Origin: Cupriavidus necator
GTDB lineage: Bacteria; Pseudomonadota; Gammaproteobacteria; Burkholderiales; Burkholderiaceae
Reading direction: 5' to 3'
NCBI RefSeq assembly: GCF_016127575.1
Contig: NZ_CP066019.1
Coordinates: 2,160,001 to 2,192,000 of the forward strand
DNA: 32,000 nucleotides
Notes under the pieces: generated by a model
Told to the model about the DNA's origin: nothing
Seen by the model: the letters and a program-made list of their open reading frames with translations, nothing else
Database searches by the model: none
Shown: in pieces, positions 17,301-24,732 of the stretch
Layout of the letters: every line of letters starts with the position of its first letter
Position numbering within the stretch: the stretch's first letter is position 1
Program-made: the position numbers and the translations under genes

Positions 17301-17329
17301 AAAAAGAAGAGGTGCCGGAGCACCTCTTC
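17301..17329 (-). terminator. Rho-independent terminator of the RidA/PurA-like/flavoprotein operon
   Basis: On the minus strand: GAAGAGGTGC-TCCG-GCACCTCTTC (perfect 10-bp stem, 4-nt loop) followed by TTTTT. It starts 20 nt after the stop at 17350. Confidence 0.75.
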
Positions 17330-17349
17330 ATGTCGCGCGATGGCCTGAC

Positions 17350-17976
17350 TCACCTGGAAGCAAACCTGTGGGGATCGAATGCCTCCGGCGGCAAGCCGGA
17401 CAGCGTGGCACCGGACTGGAAGGGATAGCGCAGGTACGGCGCTTTCGGCTGACCCGGTGGCGAGTACTGTCCATCGGCAAGAATGCGTTTCTTCGCGCTC
17501 ATCTCACGAATCTCGCAGCGATAGGCAACGATCTGGCTGGCTGCGCCGTCCTCGATCGGCGAGTAGTCTTTCTCGGGCCGGAACTTGTCCAGCGCCTGGT
17601 ACTGGTGCGCACGCACCTCGTCGGCACTGTCACGCAGCGTGACTTCGCATCGCGCGATGGCGCTGTAGTACTCGAGGCTTGTATTCTGTCCCTTCGGTGC
17701 CTTCAGCAAGGCCACGGGCCGGTCGACCTCGATCGTGACCAGGGGATTCGACCGAATCGCCGAGGCCAGCTTTCCGAATCTGGAACTGTGGATCAGGAAG
17801 GCGTCGCCGGTGAAGGTAAAGCTCTGCGCGGTAATGTAGGGATAGGGTGTGTCATGCACCGCGACCCGGCAGATCAGCTCGTTCCGGAGGAAGGCCTCGA
17901 TGGCCGGCCAGTCGGTCCAGGCCAGGTCGGTCCGGCGCATTTCGTTGTGAAGGTAGGCGGGTGTCGTGGTCGTCAT
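17350..17976 (-). CDS. Pyridoxamine 5'-phosphate oxidase-like (NimA/Pyridox_ox_2-type) split-barrel flavoprotein
   Basis: ATG 17976 overlaps the upstream stop (ATGA at 17973-17976). The 208-aa protein starts MTTTTPAYLHNEMRRTDLAWTDWPAIEAFLRNELICRVAVHDTPYPYITAQSFTF, the pattern of the PNPOx-like family. The upstream part of the 241-aa ORF is non-coding. Confidence 0.75.
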   Translation of the reverse strand: MTTTTPAYLHNEMRRTDLAWTDWPAIEAFLRNELICRVAVHDTPYPYITAQSFTFTGDAFLIHSSRFGKLASAIRSNPLVTIEVDRPVALLKAPKGQNTSLEYYSAIARCEVTLRDSADEVRAHQYQALDKFRPEKDYSPIEDGAASQIVAYRCEIREMSAKKRILADGQYSPPGQPKAPYLRYPFQSGATLSGLPPEAFDPHRFASR

Positions 17977-19349
17977 GGTCTCGTCTGCTGATGGTTCTGA
18001 AAATGCCGCATCTGCGCGCGTCCGGGCCCCAAACCAATTCCGCGCAAGGGCCGGCCAATGGCATCCGCCAGCCATTCAAGCAGGGCTTCCAGTTGCGGAG
18101 GCAGGGGGGAAGTGGCATCCCTCGGGATGGTGTCTTCGGCAAAGGCAGGAAACCGCACCACGCGCTGGCCACCGGTGTCAGTGGCGCCGGCAACGACCGG
18201 GATGCAGCGCTCGCGCGTGCGGTCAAAGGCCGCCAGGCTGTCGCACTTGTTCAGATACACCTCGTCAACCCCGCATTGCCGTACAGCAAGCCGGAGCTGC
18301 GCCACGTCAAGCAGCCCTACCCGCCGTGGCCGGCCGGTTCCGGTGCCGTACTCATTCGACAGCATCCGGATCGCCACGCCGATGGAGAATTCGTCCGCTT
18401 CGGCGAGCAAAGCCAGCGGATCCAGCCTGGCCGCCTCGTCGGCCCCGCCGCGGCCCTCCCGCGCCGCATCGGCGCAATAGGCCTCGGATCGCCCTGCGCC
18501 AAGTTCGGTTGGCAACGGCCCGCTGCCGACCCGGGATACGATCGCCTTGGCGACGCCGATGGTCTTGCGGTGATACTTGCATGGGAGGTCGCCACCCACA
18601 TACGCGTAAGAAGGCATCGTATGGCTGGACGTGACCCAAGGCTGAACGCCCTGCACCACATCGAGCATGACGGACTGCGCGCCCTCGAAGAGCACATTGG
18701 CACCCGCTTCGACCCGCCGCAAGAGCGCAACCGGATCGTCCGTCACGAACGGCTCAACCACCTTCCACGCCTGGCGCATCGCGTTCACCACGGCCACAAG
18801 ACCCTCGCCGTCGCCGTCGCGCTGCACGGCCAGCCGCATCATCTGCTCGAACACCCGGCTCCCGTCAACCACCAGGTCGCGGAGCTGAAACGAAGATCGC
18901 TCCCCTCCCCGCACGCGGGTCGCGAGATCCGCATAACACGGGCCGATGCCGTTGCCGGTGGTGCCAATCTGGGCGCCATCGTGGCGATCGGCCAGGACAT
19001 GGAGAGGCTGGACGACCGGACACCTGTCACTGATCGTCAACCGCCCGCCCAGATCGATCCCCTGCGCCGCGAGCATCTCGATTTCGGCTGCCAGTTGCTG
19101 CAACCCGATCACGCAGCCTGAGCCGATGTAGAGCGCAACGCCGGGATGCAGCACCCCGGAGGGGACCTGCCGTAGCCGCAAGGTTCCGTCAGGCGTGGCG
19201 ATGGTATGCCCGGCGTTCGCGCCGCCATTGAAGCGCGCAATCACCTCGTACTCGCCGGCGAGGTGATCGACGACCCGCGCCTTCCCCTCATCGCCATATT
19301 GCAGTCCGACCAGGACGTCGGCGTACCCCGCCTTTTTCGCGGTGCCCAT
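17973..19349 (-). CDS. Divergent adenylosuccinate synthetase (PurA)-fold GTP-dependent ligase, paralogue-like
   Basis: 458 aa. PurA motifs present: QYGDEGKAR (P-loop), GGANAGHT, GTTGNGIGP, FEGAQS, VTSS, SRVGSGPLPTEL, GTGTGRPRR, NKCD, GLGPGR. It deviates from canonical PurA at several substrate-site positions. It also carries an insertion of about 36 aa (see findings). Confidence 0.85.
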   Translation of the reverse strand: MGTAKKAGYADVLVGLQYGDEGKARVVDHLAGEYEVIARFNGGANAGHTIATPDGTLRLRQVPSGVLHPGVALYIGSGCVIGLQQLAAEIEMLAAQGIDLGGRLTISDRCPVVQPLHVLADRHDGAQIGTTGNGIGPCYADLATRVRGGERSSFQLRDLVVDGSRVFEQMMRLAVQRDGDGEGLVAVVNAMRQAWKVVEPFVTDDPVALLRRVEAGANVLFEGAQSVMLDVVQGVQPWVTSSHTMPSYAYVGGDLPCKYHRKTIGVAKAIVSRVGSGPLPTELGAGRSEAYCADAAREGRGGADEAARLDPLALLAEADEFSIGVAIRMLSNEYGTGTGRPRRVGLLDVAQLRLAVRQCGVDEVYLNKCDSLAAFDRTRERCIPVVAGATDTGGQRVVRFPAFAEDTIPRDATSPLPPQLEALLEWLADAIGRPLRGIGLGPGRAQMRHFQNHQQTRP

Positions 19350-19352
19350 CGC

Positions 19353-19817
19353 CTACGCGTCCAGCGCAAATGTCGCCTCGATCTCCACCGGGGCACCGAA
19401 GGGAAGGCTCGCCACGCCGAGCGCCAGGCGGGCATGGCGCCCTCTCTCTTCAAAGATCCGGTTCAGCAATTCCGACGCTGCATTGATCACCAGCGGCGCA
19501 TCATGGAAACCCGGCTCCGCCGCAACATAGCCTCCAACGCGGACGATGCCCCGGATTCGTTCGAAATCCCCATCGGTCGCTGCCGCCACCCAACCCAGCA
19601 GGTTGGCCAGGCACAACCGCGCGGCCTGCTGTGCCGCTTCGACGGTGACTGCGCCCGGGACCTTGCCGACGAAGACCGGCTTGCCGTCCTGAAGCGGCAA
19701 CTGCCCCGATACCGTCAGCAAACCATGGTGCAGGGTGTAAGGGACATAGTGCGCCTTGGGAAATTCCGTGGCAGGCAAGACAATGCCGGCAGCCTGGATA
19801 CGATCCATCACTGACAT
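19353..19817 (-). CDS. RidA/YjgF-family (reactive intermediate/imine deaminase) protein
   Basis: ATG 19817, with GAGGAG 5 nt upstream. The 154-aa protein contains YVPYTLHHGLLTVSGQLP and HARLALGVASLPFGAPVEIEATFAL. Its stop lies 3 nt before the PurA-like ATG. Confidence 0.85.
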   Translation of the reverse strand: MSVMDRIQAAGIVLPATEFPKAHYVPYTLHHGLLTVSGQLPLQDGKPVFVGKVPGAVTVEAAQQAARLCLANLLGWVAAATDGDFERIRGIVRVGGYVAAEPGFHDAPLVINAASELLNRIFEERGRHARLALGVASLPFGAPVEIEATFALDA

Positions 19818-19834
19818 ACTGACTCCTCGACTTG

Positions 19835-19879
19835 AAAAAGTGTCGGCGAAGTGAGCACGGTGCGGGCCTCCGCCGACAC
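19835..19879 (-). terminator. Terminator-like hairpin plus T5 directly upstream of the RidA ribosome-binding site (araC terminator or leader attenuator)
   Basis: On the minus strand: GTGTCGGCG (19879-19871), 22-nt loop, CGCCGACAC (19848-19840), TTTTT (19839-19835). Then 6 nt, then GAGGAG (19828-19823). Confidence 0.5.
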
Positions 19880-19919
19880 CACGACTGTGCCGCACAGTTA
19901 AGCCTTAGATTCGCGTGGC

Positions 19920-19948
19920 GACGCCAGTTGATGTCGCGCAGACGCCAA
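19920..19948. repeat. Direct repeat GACGCCA(G/A) x2 spaced exactly 21 bp in the RidA-operon leader (candidate AraC half-sites)
   Basis: GACGCCAG at 19920-19927 and GACGCCAA at 19941-19948. The same 7-mer recurs at 20819-20825, and in reverse orientation at 20749-20755, in the araC/hydrolase divergent spacer. Confidence 0.3.
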
Positions 19949-19963
19949 CCTGCCGGCTGGCGC

Positions 19964-20749
19964 CTAGTCGCCAGCCATGTCCCTGAAGTATTCGGTCGGC
20001 GTCATGCCCAGCGCACGCCTGAACATGGCACTGAAGGCACTTGGACTCTCATAGCCAAGTTGCAGCGCGATGTCCGTGACATGGCAGCCCTCGGCAAGCA
20101 GGCGTACCGCGGCCATCAGCCGGGCCTGCTGCTTCCAGCGGCTGTAGGTCATGCCCGTTTCTTCGGGAAACAGGCGGATGATGGTGCGCTCGCTGGCGCC
20201 GACCGAACGGCTCCACGCCGCCACGGAAGTCTCATCGGCAGGGTCCTCGAGGATCTTTGCGCAGATCTTGCTCAGCCGAGGGTCCTTGGGCATCGGCAGA
20301 TGCAGCGGCACCACGGAAAGCGGGCGCAGTTCCTGCAGCAGAAGCTGCACCACCAGGCCGTCGCGGCCGCTTTCGTCATAGTCCAGCGGCATGCGCACGG
20401 CGGCCGATATCAGTTCGCGCAGCAGCGGCGGCACAGCGACGACACAACAGTTGCGCAACTCATCAGGAATGGCATCAGCGCGAATATAGACCGTGCGCAT
20501 TTCCACATCGCCGCAGGCCTGCATGGCGTGCTCGACGTTGCACGGAACCCAGACCGCGCGTTGAGGCGGCACCACCCAGGAGCCGAAATCGGTGGTCACC
20601 AGGATAGCGCCCACATAGGCGTAGATCAGCTGGCCACGCGGGTGGGAATGCGCGGAGATATAGAAGCCGTCCTTCAGCTTGCGCGCCATCCCGCCCACTC
20701 GCCGGTCTATCGCCTGGTAGTCATCCCGGTTTTCGCTCTTTCCAAACAT
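19964..20749 (-). CDS. AraC-family transcriptional regulator with N-terminal cupin sensor domain
   Basis: ATG 20749 gives a 261-aa protein. Cupin-like HSHPRGQLIYAYVGAILVTT; C-terminal AraC HTH (VAAWSRSVGASERTIIRLFPEETGMTYSRWKQQARL...LGYESPSAFSAMFRRALGMTPTEYF). Confidence 0.9.
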   Translation of the reverse strand: MFGKSENRDDYQAIDRRVGGMARKLKDGFYISAHSHPRGQLIYAYVGAILVTTDFGSWVVPPQRAVWVPCNVEHAMQACGDVEMRTVYIRADAIPDELRNCCVVAVPPLLRELISAAVRMPLDYDESGRDGLVVQLLLQELRPLSVVPLHLPMPKDPRLSKICAKILEDPADETSVAAWSRSVGASERTIIRLFPEETGMTYSRWKQQARLMAAVRLLAEGCHVTDIALQLGYESPSAFSAMFRRALGMTPTEYFRDMAGD

Positions 20750-20886
20750 GGCGTCTTTGCGATAGTCGTTGTCATCCAGGGGCGCGCGCAGCCACACGCC
20801 GATACGTATCTTTGGCCGGACGCCAAATGCGTCGCAACGATCAAATGGAATCGAGGCATCGGTCCCACAGTCTGGAGCCAAAAGTA

Positions 20887-21744
20887 ATGTCAGTGTATCG
20901 AAACTTCAATCAGGAAGAACTGGACAAGCAGTACAACGTCAGGGCGGGAATTCCCGGGTTCCAGGACATCTTCAAGGGATGGGAGAACACCAGCGCCGCA
21001 TTCCGTCGCGCCCATCCCGTAAAGGAGAACCTTGCGTATGGCCTGGACGCCAAGCAGGCGCTGGACTTCTTTCCCGCAGCCACCAGGAGCCGTCCGTTGC
21101 TCGTCTTCATTCATGGCGGCTACTGGCAATCGCTGGACAAGTCGGACTTCAGCCACGTTGCCGCCCCGTACCTGAAGCACGACATCAACGTCGCCGTGGT
21201 GAACTACCGGCTCGCCCCGGAGGTCGGGATGGCCGAGATCGTCCGCGATAATCGCGACGCCGTGGCATGGCTCTACGGCAATGCGGCCGAACTGGGGTTC
21301 GATGCGAACCGCATCTATGTATCCGGCCACTCAGCCGGCGGACATCTCACCGCCACGCTGGCAGGAACCGATTGGGAGTCGTTCGGCCTCCCCGCTGACG
21401 TGCTCAAGGGCGGATGCGCGATCAGCGGCCTGTATGACCTGGAACCTATCCGCCTGTGCTATCTCAACAAGGTGGTCGGCCTGACCGAGGCGGATGTCGC
21501 CAGCTACAGCCCGATTCATCATGTTCCACGAGTGAAATTGCCCATGATCCTGACCGCTGGCGGGGATGAGTCGCCGGAGTACCACCGGCTGCAGCGCGAA
21601 TACCAGGCGCTGCTGGGCGAATGCGGCTTTGACGTGCAGGTGGTGGTGCAGGAGCGCGGCCATCATTTCGACGCGGTCGACCTGCTGGGCGATGCCGATG
21701 GCGCCCTGGCCGCGTCGGTGTTGCGCATGATCGAGCGCGCCTGA
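20887..21744 (+). CDS. Alpha/beta hydrolase (esterase / arylformamidase-like)
   Basis: ATG 20887, with GGAG 9 nt upstream. The 285-aa protein has the oxyanion motif FIHGGYW and the nucleophile elbow GHSAGGH, plus a C-terminal His (ERGHHFD). Confidence 0.85.
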   Translation: MSVYRNFNQEELDKQYNVRAGIPGFQDIFKGWENTSAAFRRAHPVKENLAYGLDAKQALDFFPAATRSRPLLVFIHGGYWQSLDKSDFSHVAAPYLKHDINVAVVNYRLAPEVGMAEIVRDNRDAVAWLYGNAAELGFDANRIYVSGHSAGGHLTATLAGTDWESFGLPADVLKGGCAISGLYDLEPIRLCYLNKVVGLTEADVASYSPIHHVPRVKLPMILTAGGDESPEYHRLQREYQALLGECGFDVQVVVQERGHHFDAVDLLGDADGALAASVLRMIERA

Positions 21745-21896
21745 GGCCTGAGGGCCGGATCGCGGGCAGGGCGGCATTCAGCATAGGCCGCCATGTCCGC
21801 GGTCCCGGTGCAATCACCGGATCGGGGCGCTTGCCTGCACGGTTGTGAAAGCGCGAACTCGTGATCAGAAGATTCCATGGCGTGGCAAACCACGCG

Positions 21897-22496
21897 CTAC
21901 CCCACCCTCTTCCGGTCGCTGACTACCACCAGCGCCTGTGCCAGGGTCTTGCCAATCGAGCGCGAGCGATGCGGGATCGATGCGTTGAAATACAGCGAGT
22001 CGCCAGCCCGCATCCGTACCGTGCGGTCATCGAACAGCACCTCCATCTCGCCCGATACGACGAAGATCAGCTCTTCGCCGGCATGGCTGGCCATTGGCTG
22101 GTCTTGTGCCAGCGTGAACGGCGGCACCATGACGAAGGGCTGCATCGCCTTGTCCACGCGCTCCGTGGCAATGGCTTCGTAGGTATAGCCCTGGCGCTCG
22201 GCGGACGGGCTGAACGGAACCCGGTCCGCGGCCTTGACCAGCAGGATCTCATTGCCGCGCTGCGGCTTGGCGATCAGCTGGTCGACGGTCACGTCGAGGG
22301 CCTCGGCCAGCTTGAGCACCGTACCGATGGTCGGCGACGACAGGCCGCGCTCCAGCTTGGACAGGTAGCTCTTGGTCAGCGATGCCCGTTGCGCCAGTTC
22401 CTCAAGCGTCAGCCCGTTGAGCTTGCGCAGTGCCGCCAGCCGTTCGGCGATGGTCGAAAGAGCGGCCGGAGCGCCCGATTCTTGCTTCCTGATCAT
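21897..22496 (-). CDS. XRE-family HTH regulator with C-terminal cupin domain
   Basis: 199 aa. HTH_3 (IAERLAALRKLNGLTLEELAQRASLTKSYLSKLERG) and cupin_2 (HAGEELIFVVSGEMEVLFDDRTVRMRAGDSLYF). Confidence 0.9.
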   Translation of the reverse strand: MIRKQESGAPAALSTIAERLAALRKLNGLTLEELAQRASLTKSYLSKLERGLSSPTIGTVLKLAEALDVTVDQLIAKPQRGNEILLVKAADRVPFSPSAERQGYTYEAIATERVDKAMQPFVMVPPFTLAQDQPMASHAGEELIFVVSGEMEVLFDDRTVRMRAGDSLYFNASIPHRSRSIGKTLAQALVVVSDRKRVG

Positions 22497-22587
22497 CCGC
22501 AGTCACTGGTTAGAAGCGCCCGGACAGGCGCATGGGTCGGCTCGGATTGTAAGGTCGGCACGACACATCGGCAACTCGGTTTGCCTA

Positions 22588-22607
22588 AATGACACTTCGG
22601 TGTCATT
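22588..22607. promoter_or_regulatory. Perfect 8-4-8 palindrome AATGACAC-TTCG-GTGTCATT in the XRE / Bug divergent spacer (operator candidate)
   Basis: Seen at 22588-22607. It overlaps a GACAC(A/T)TCGG direct repeat (22562-22571 and 22591-22600) and a third GACAC at 22611. It lies 39-58 nt upstream of the Bug ATG at 22646. Confidence 0.4.
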
Positions 22608-22645
22608 ATAGACACACTTGTTTCCCCACCCGCCCCCGAAGGAGC

Positions 22646-23635
22646 ATGCAAGTGAGTCCCAAGCGCCCCCATCTCGCAGGTGCAGCAGCCCTGTTTGTCA
22701 CCCTCTTCCTCAGTGGTTTGCCTGCTGCCCACGCGGCCGGCTATCCGGATCGTCCCATTACGCTGGTGGTGCCATTCGGCGCCGGCGGCATCACTGACCT
22801 GGTGGCACGCGCCACCGGCAAGGCCCTGTCTGAACAGCTTGGCCAGTCGATCGTCGTGGAAAACCGCCCCGGCGCGGGCGGCAACATCGCGGCAGATTTC
22901 GTACGTCGTGCCCGGCCCGATGGCTACACACTGATGTTTGCCACCGTGGGCGTCCTTGCGGTCAATCCGCATACGGACGTCAAGGTCAGCTTTGATAGCG
23001 CGAAGGACTTCACCTATATCTCGCTCGTCGGTTCCACGCCCCATCTGGTGGTGGTCGGCGCCGACGTCCCGGCCAGGACGCTGCCCGAACTGATCAAGCT
23101 CGCGCAACGCCAGCCCGGCGCCGTCAGCGTAGGCACCGCAGGCGTCGGCAGCTCGCCGTACCAGGGCATGCGCGTGCTGCAGGACGCGGCCCGGGCCGAA
23201 TTCCTGCACGTACCGTTCAAGAGCGGCGCTGAATCGGTGACCAACGTTGTCTCGGGGCAGGTCAACATGACATTCGAGGCCACGCCGCAGGTGATGCCAT
23301 TCGTCGCCTCCGGCAAGCTGCGGGCGTTGGCCGTTGCCAATCCGCGGCGGCTGGCCACCGCGCCGGACGTGCCGGCGACACCGGAACTGGGCCTGCCGAC
23401 CATCGTGTCCGGTTCGGTGGCAGGCCTGATTGCGCCTGCCGGCCTTGATGCCGCCATCGTGAAGAAGCTCAACACAGCCATTGCCGGCGTGGTATCGAAC
23501 CCCAAGTTCAAGGCCACGCTGATGGCACAGGGCACTGAACCGATGTCATCGTCGCCCGAACAATTCCGCAAGCTGATCAAAGAAGAAGACCAGCGCTGGT
23601 CGGCCTTGCTCAAGGCTGACAACAAGACCAGGTAA
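22646..23635 (+). CDS. Bug/TctC-family tripartite tricarboxylate transporter periplasmic binding protein
   Basis: Signal peptide ...AALFVTLFLSGLPAAHA, then the Bug signature YPDRPITLVVPFGAGGITDLVAR. The ATG at 22646 is only 1 nt from GAAGGAG. The in-frame GTG at 22652 has a better 7-nt spacing and may be the true start. Confidence 0.9.
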   Translation: MQVSPKRPHLAGAAALFVTLFLSGLPAAHAAGYPDRPITLVVPFGAGGITDLVARATGKALSEQLGQSIVVENRPGAGGNIAADFVRRARPDGYTLMFATVGVLAVNPHTDVKVSFDSAKDFTYISLVGSTPHLVVVGADVPARTLPELIKLAQRQPGAVSVGTAGVGSSPYQGMRVLQDAARAEFLHVPFKSGAESVTNVVSGQVNMTFEATPQVMPFVASGKLRALAVANPRRLATAPDVPATPELGLPTIVSGSVAGLIAPAGLDAAIVKKLNTAIAGVVSNPKFKATLMAQGTEPMSSSPEQFRKLIKEEDQRWSALLKADNKTR

Positions 23636-23682
23636 CGCGGACTGAAAGCTCCCCTTCTCCAGCACAACGAAAGGAAAATCCC

Positions 23683-24459
23683 ATGGCCAGCACCATGCAA
23701 CTGAGCAAGAGCGAAATCGTCGCCGCCTCGCTCCAGAAAATCCAGATGGAACTGCGCACGCAGAAAATGCCGCTGCGCGAGGCAGTAGCCGAAACCTGCC
23801 GGATCCTGTTCGCCTTCGGGCACGACTCCGGCCTCTCAGGCCAGATCACCGCGCGCGCAGAACAGCCTGGCACCTACTGGACCCAGCGCCTGGGTCTGGG
23901 CTTCGACGAAATCACGTCCGACAACCTGCTGCTCGTCAACGAAGACCTGGAAGTCCTGGAAGGCAGCGGCATGCCGAACCCGGCCAACCGCTTCCATTCC
24001 TGGCTCTACCGTGCGCGTCCGGACCTGAACTGCATTGTCCATTCGCACGCGCCGCACGCCTCGGCGCTGGCGATGCTGGAGGTGCCGCTGGTCATTTCGC
24101 ATATGGACACGTGCGTGCTCTACGACCAGTGCGCGTTCCTTGAGAAATGGCCTGGCATTCCTGTCGGCAATGAAGAGGGAGAAATCATCTCGGGAGCCCT
24201 TGGTGACAAGAAGGCCATCCTGTTGTCCCACCACGGCCTGCTGGTGGCCGGTGCCACGGTGGAAGAAGCCTGCGTACTGGGTGTGATGTTCGAGCGTGCC
24301 GCCCGGCTGCAACTGCTGGCCATGGCGGCGGGCCCGATCCAGCCGATCCCGCACGATCTGGGCTGCGAAGCGCAGCGCTGGGTCAGCACCCAAAAGCGGT
24401 TCGAAGCTACCTTTGCCTACTACTCGCGGCGTGCGCGTCGCGGGCTGGGCGCCGAATAG
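23683..24459 (+). CDS. Class II aldolase/adducin-family protein (aldolase or decarboxylase)
   Basis: 258 aa; AGGA 8 nt upstream. Zinc-ligand pattern HSHAPH plus a later SHHGLLVAG, typical of the class II aldolase fold. Confidence 0.85.
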   Translation: MASTMQLSKSEIVAASLQKIQMELRTQKMPLREAVAETCRILFAFGHDSGLSGQITARAEQPGTYWTQRLGLGFDEITSDNLLLVNEDLEVLEGSGMPNPANRFHSWLYRARPDLNCIVHSHAPHASALAMLEVPLVISHMDTCVLYDQCAFLEKWPGIPVGNEEGEIISGALGDKKAILLSHHGLLVAGATVEEACVLGVMFERAARLQLLAMAAGPIQPIPHDLGCEAQRWVSTQKRFEATFAYYSRRARRGLGAE

Positions 24460-24732
24460 CAACAGGGCGCCGACGGGCCGGCGCAAGCACGGCCAGGACA
24501 TGGCGAAGTCTGCAGTCTGCTGAGAACCTGAACCACGCCTGGCCCTGCGCCATTGCCGCTTGCTTGATATGAGAAGCGCAAGCTCCGACAGTATTGGTCG
24601 AATGGGATAATCGCGTCATGGCAGGCAGGGCGGGAATCGCAGATCTGCCGCCGATGGCGCAGGTGAGTGACGGCGCCATAGCCGGCGCCCGCCGCCGGCG
24701 CTCATATCCCTACCCAAGAACGGAGACATGCC

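Noticed and set aside
17847-19121. 424-aa plus-strand ORF, and similar long ORFs at 19832-20887, 21861-22592, 6778-7572, 10149-10820, 11002-11691, 11984-12616, 22493-23823, 23836-24501, 26715-27473, 27730-28341 and 28370-29916
   Set aside because: All are antisense or out of frame relative to genes with clear family signatures. They are low-complexity and Arg/Pro/Gly/Ala-rich, with no motifs or ribosome-binding sites. I judged them shadow ORFs.
21740-21753. Tandem 7-bp repeat CCTGAGG x2 at the hydrolase stop codon, and the CCGGATCG repeat at about 21755 and 21817
   Set aside because: They are very short and lie in a convergent 3' spacer. They are within what chance and GC bias can produce, and no structural or regulatory role is evident.
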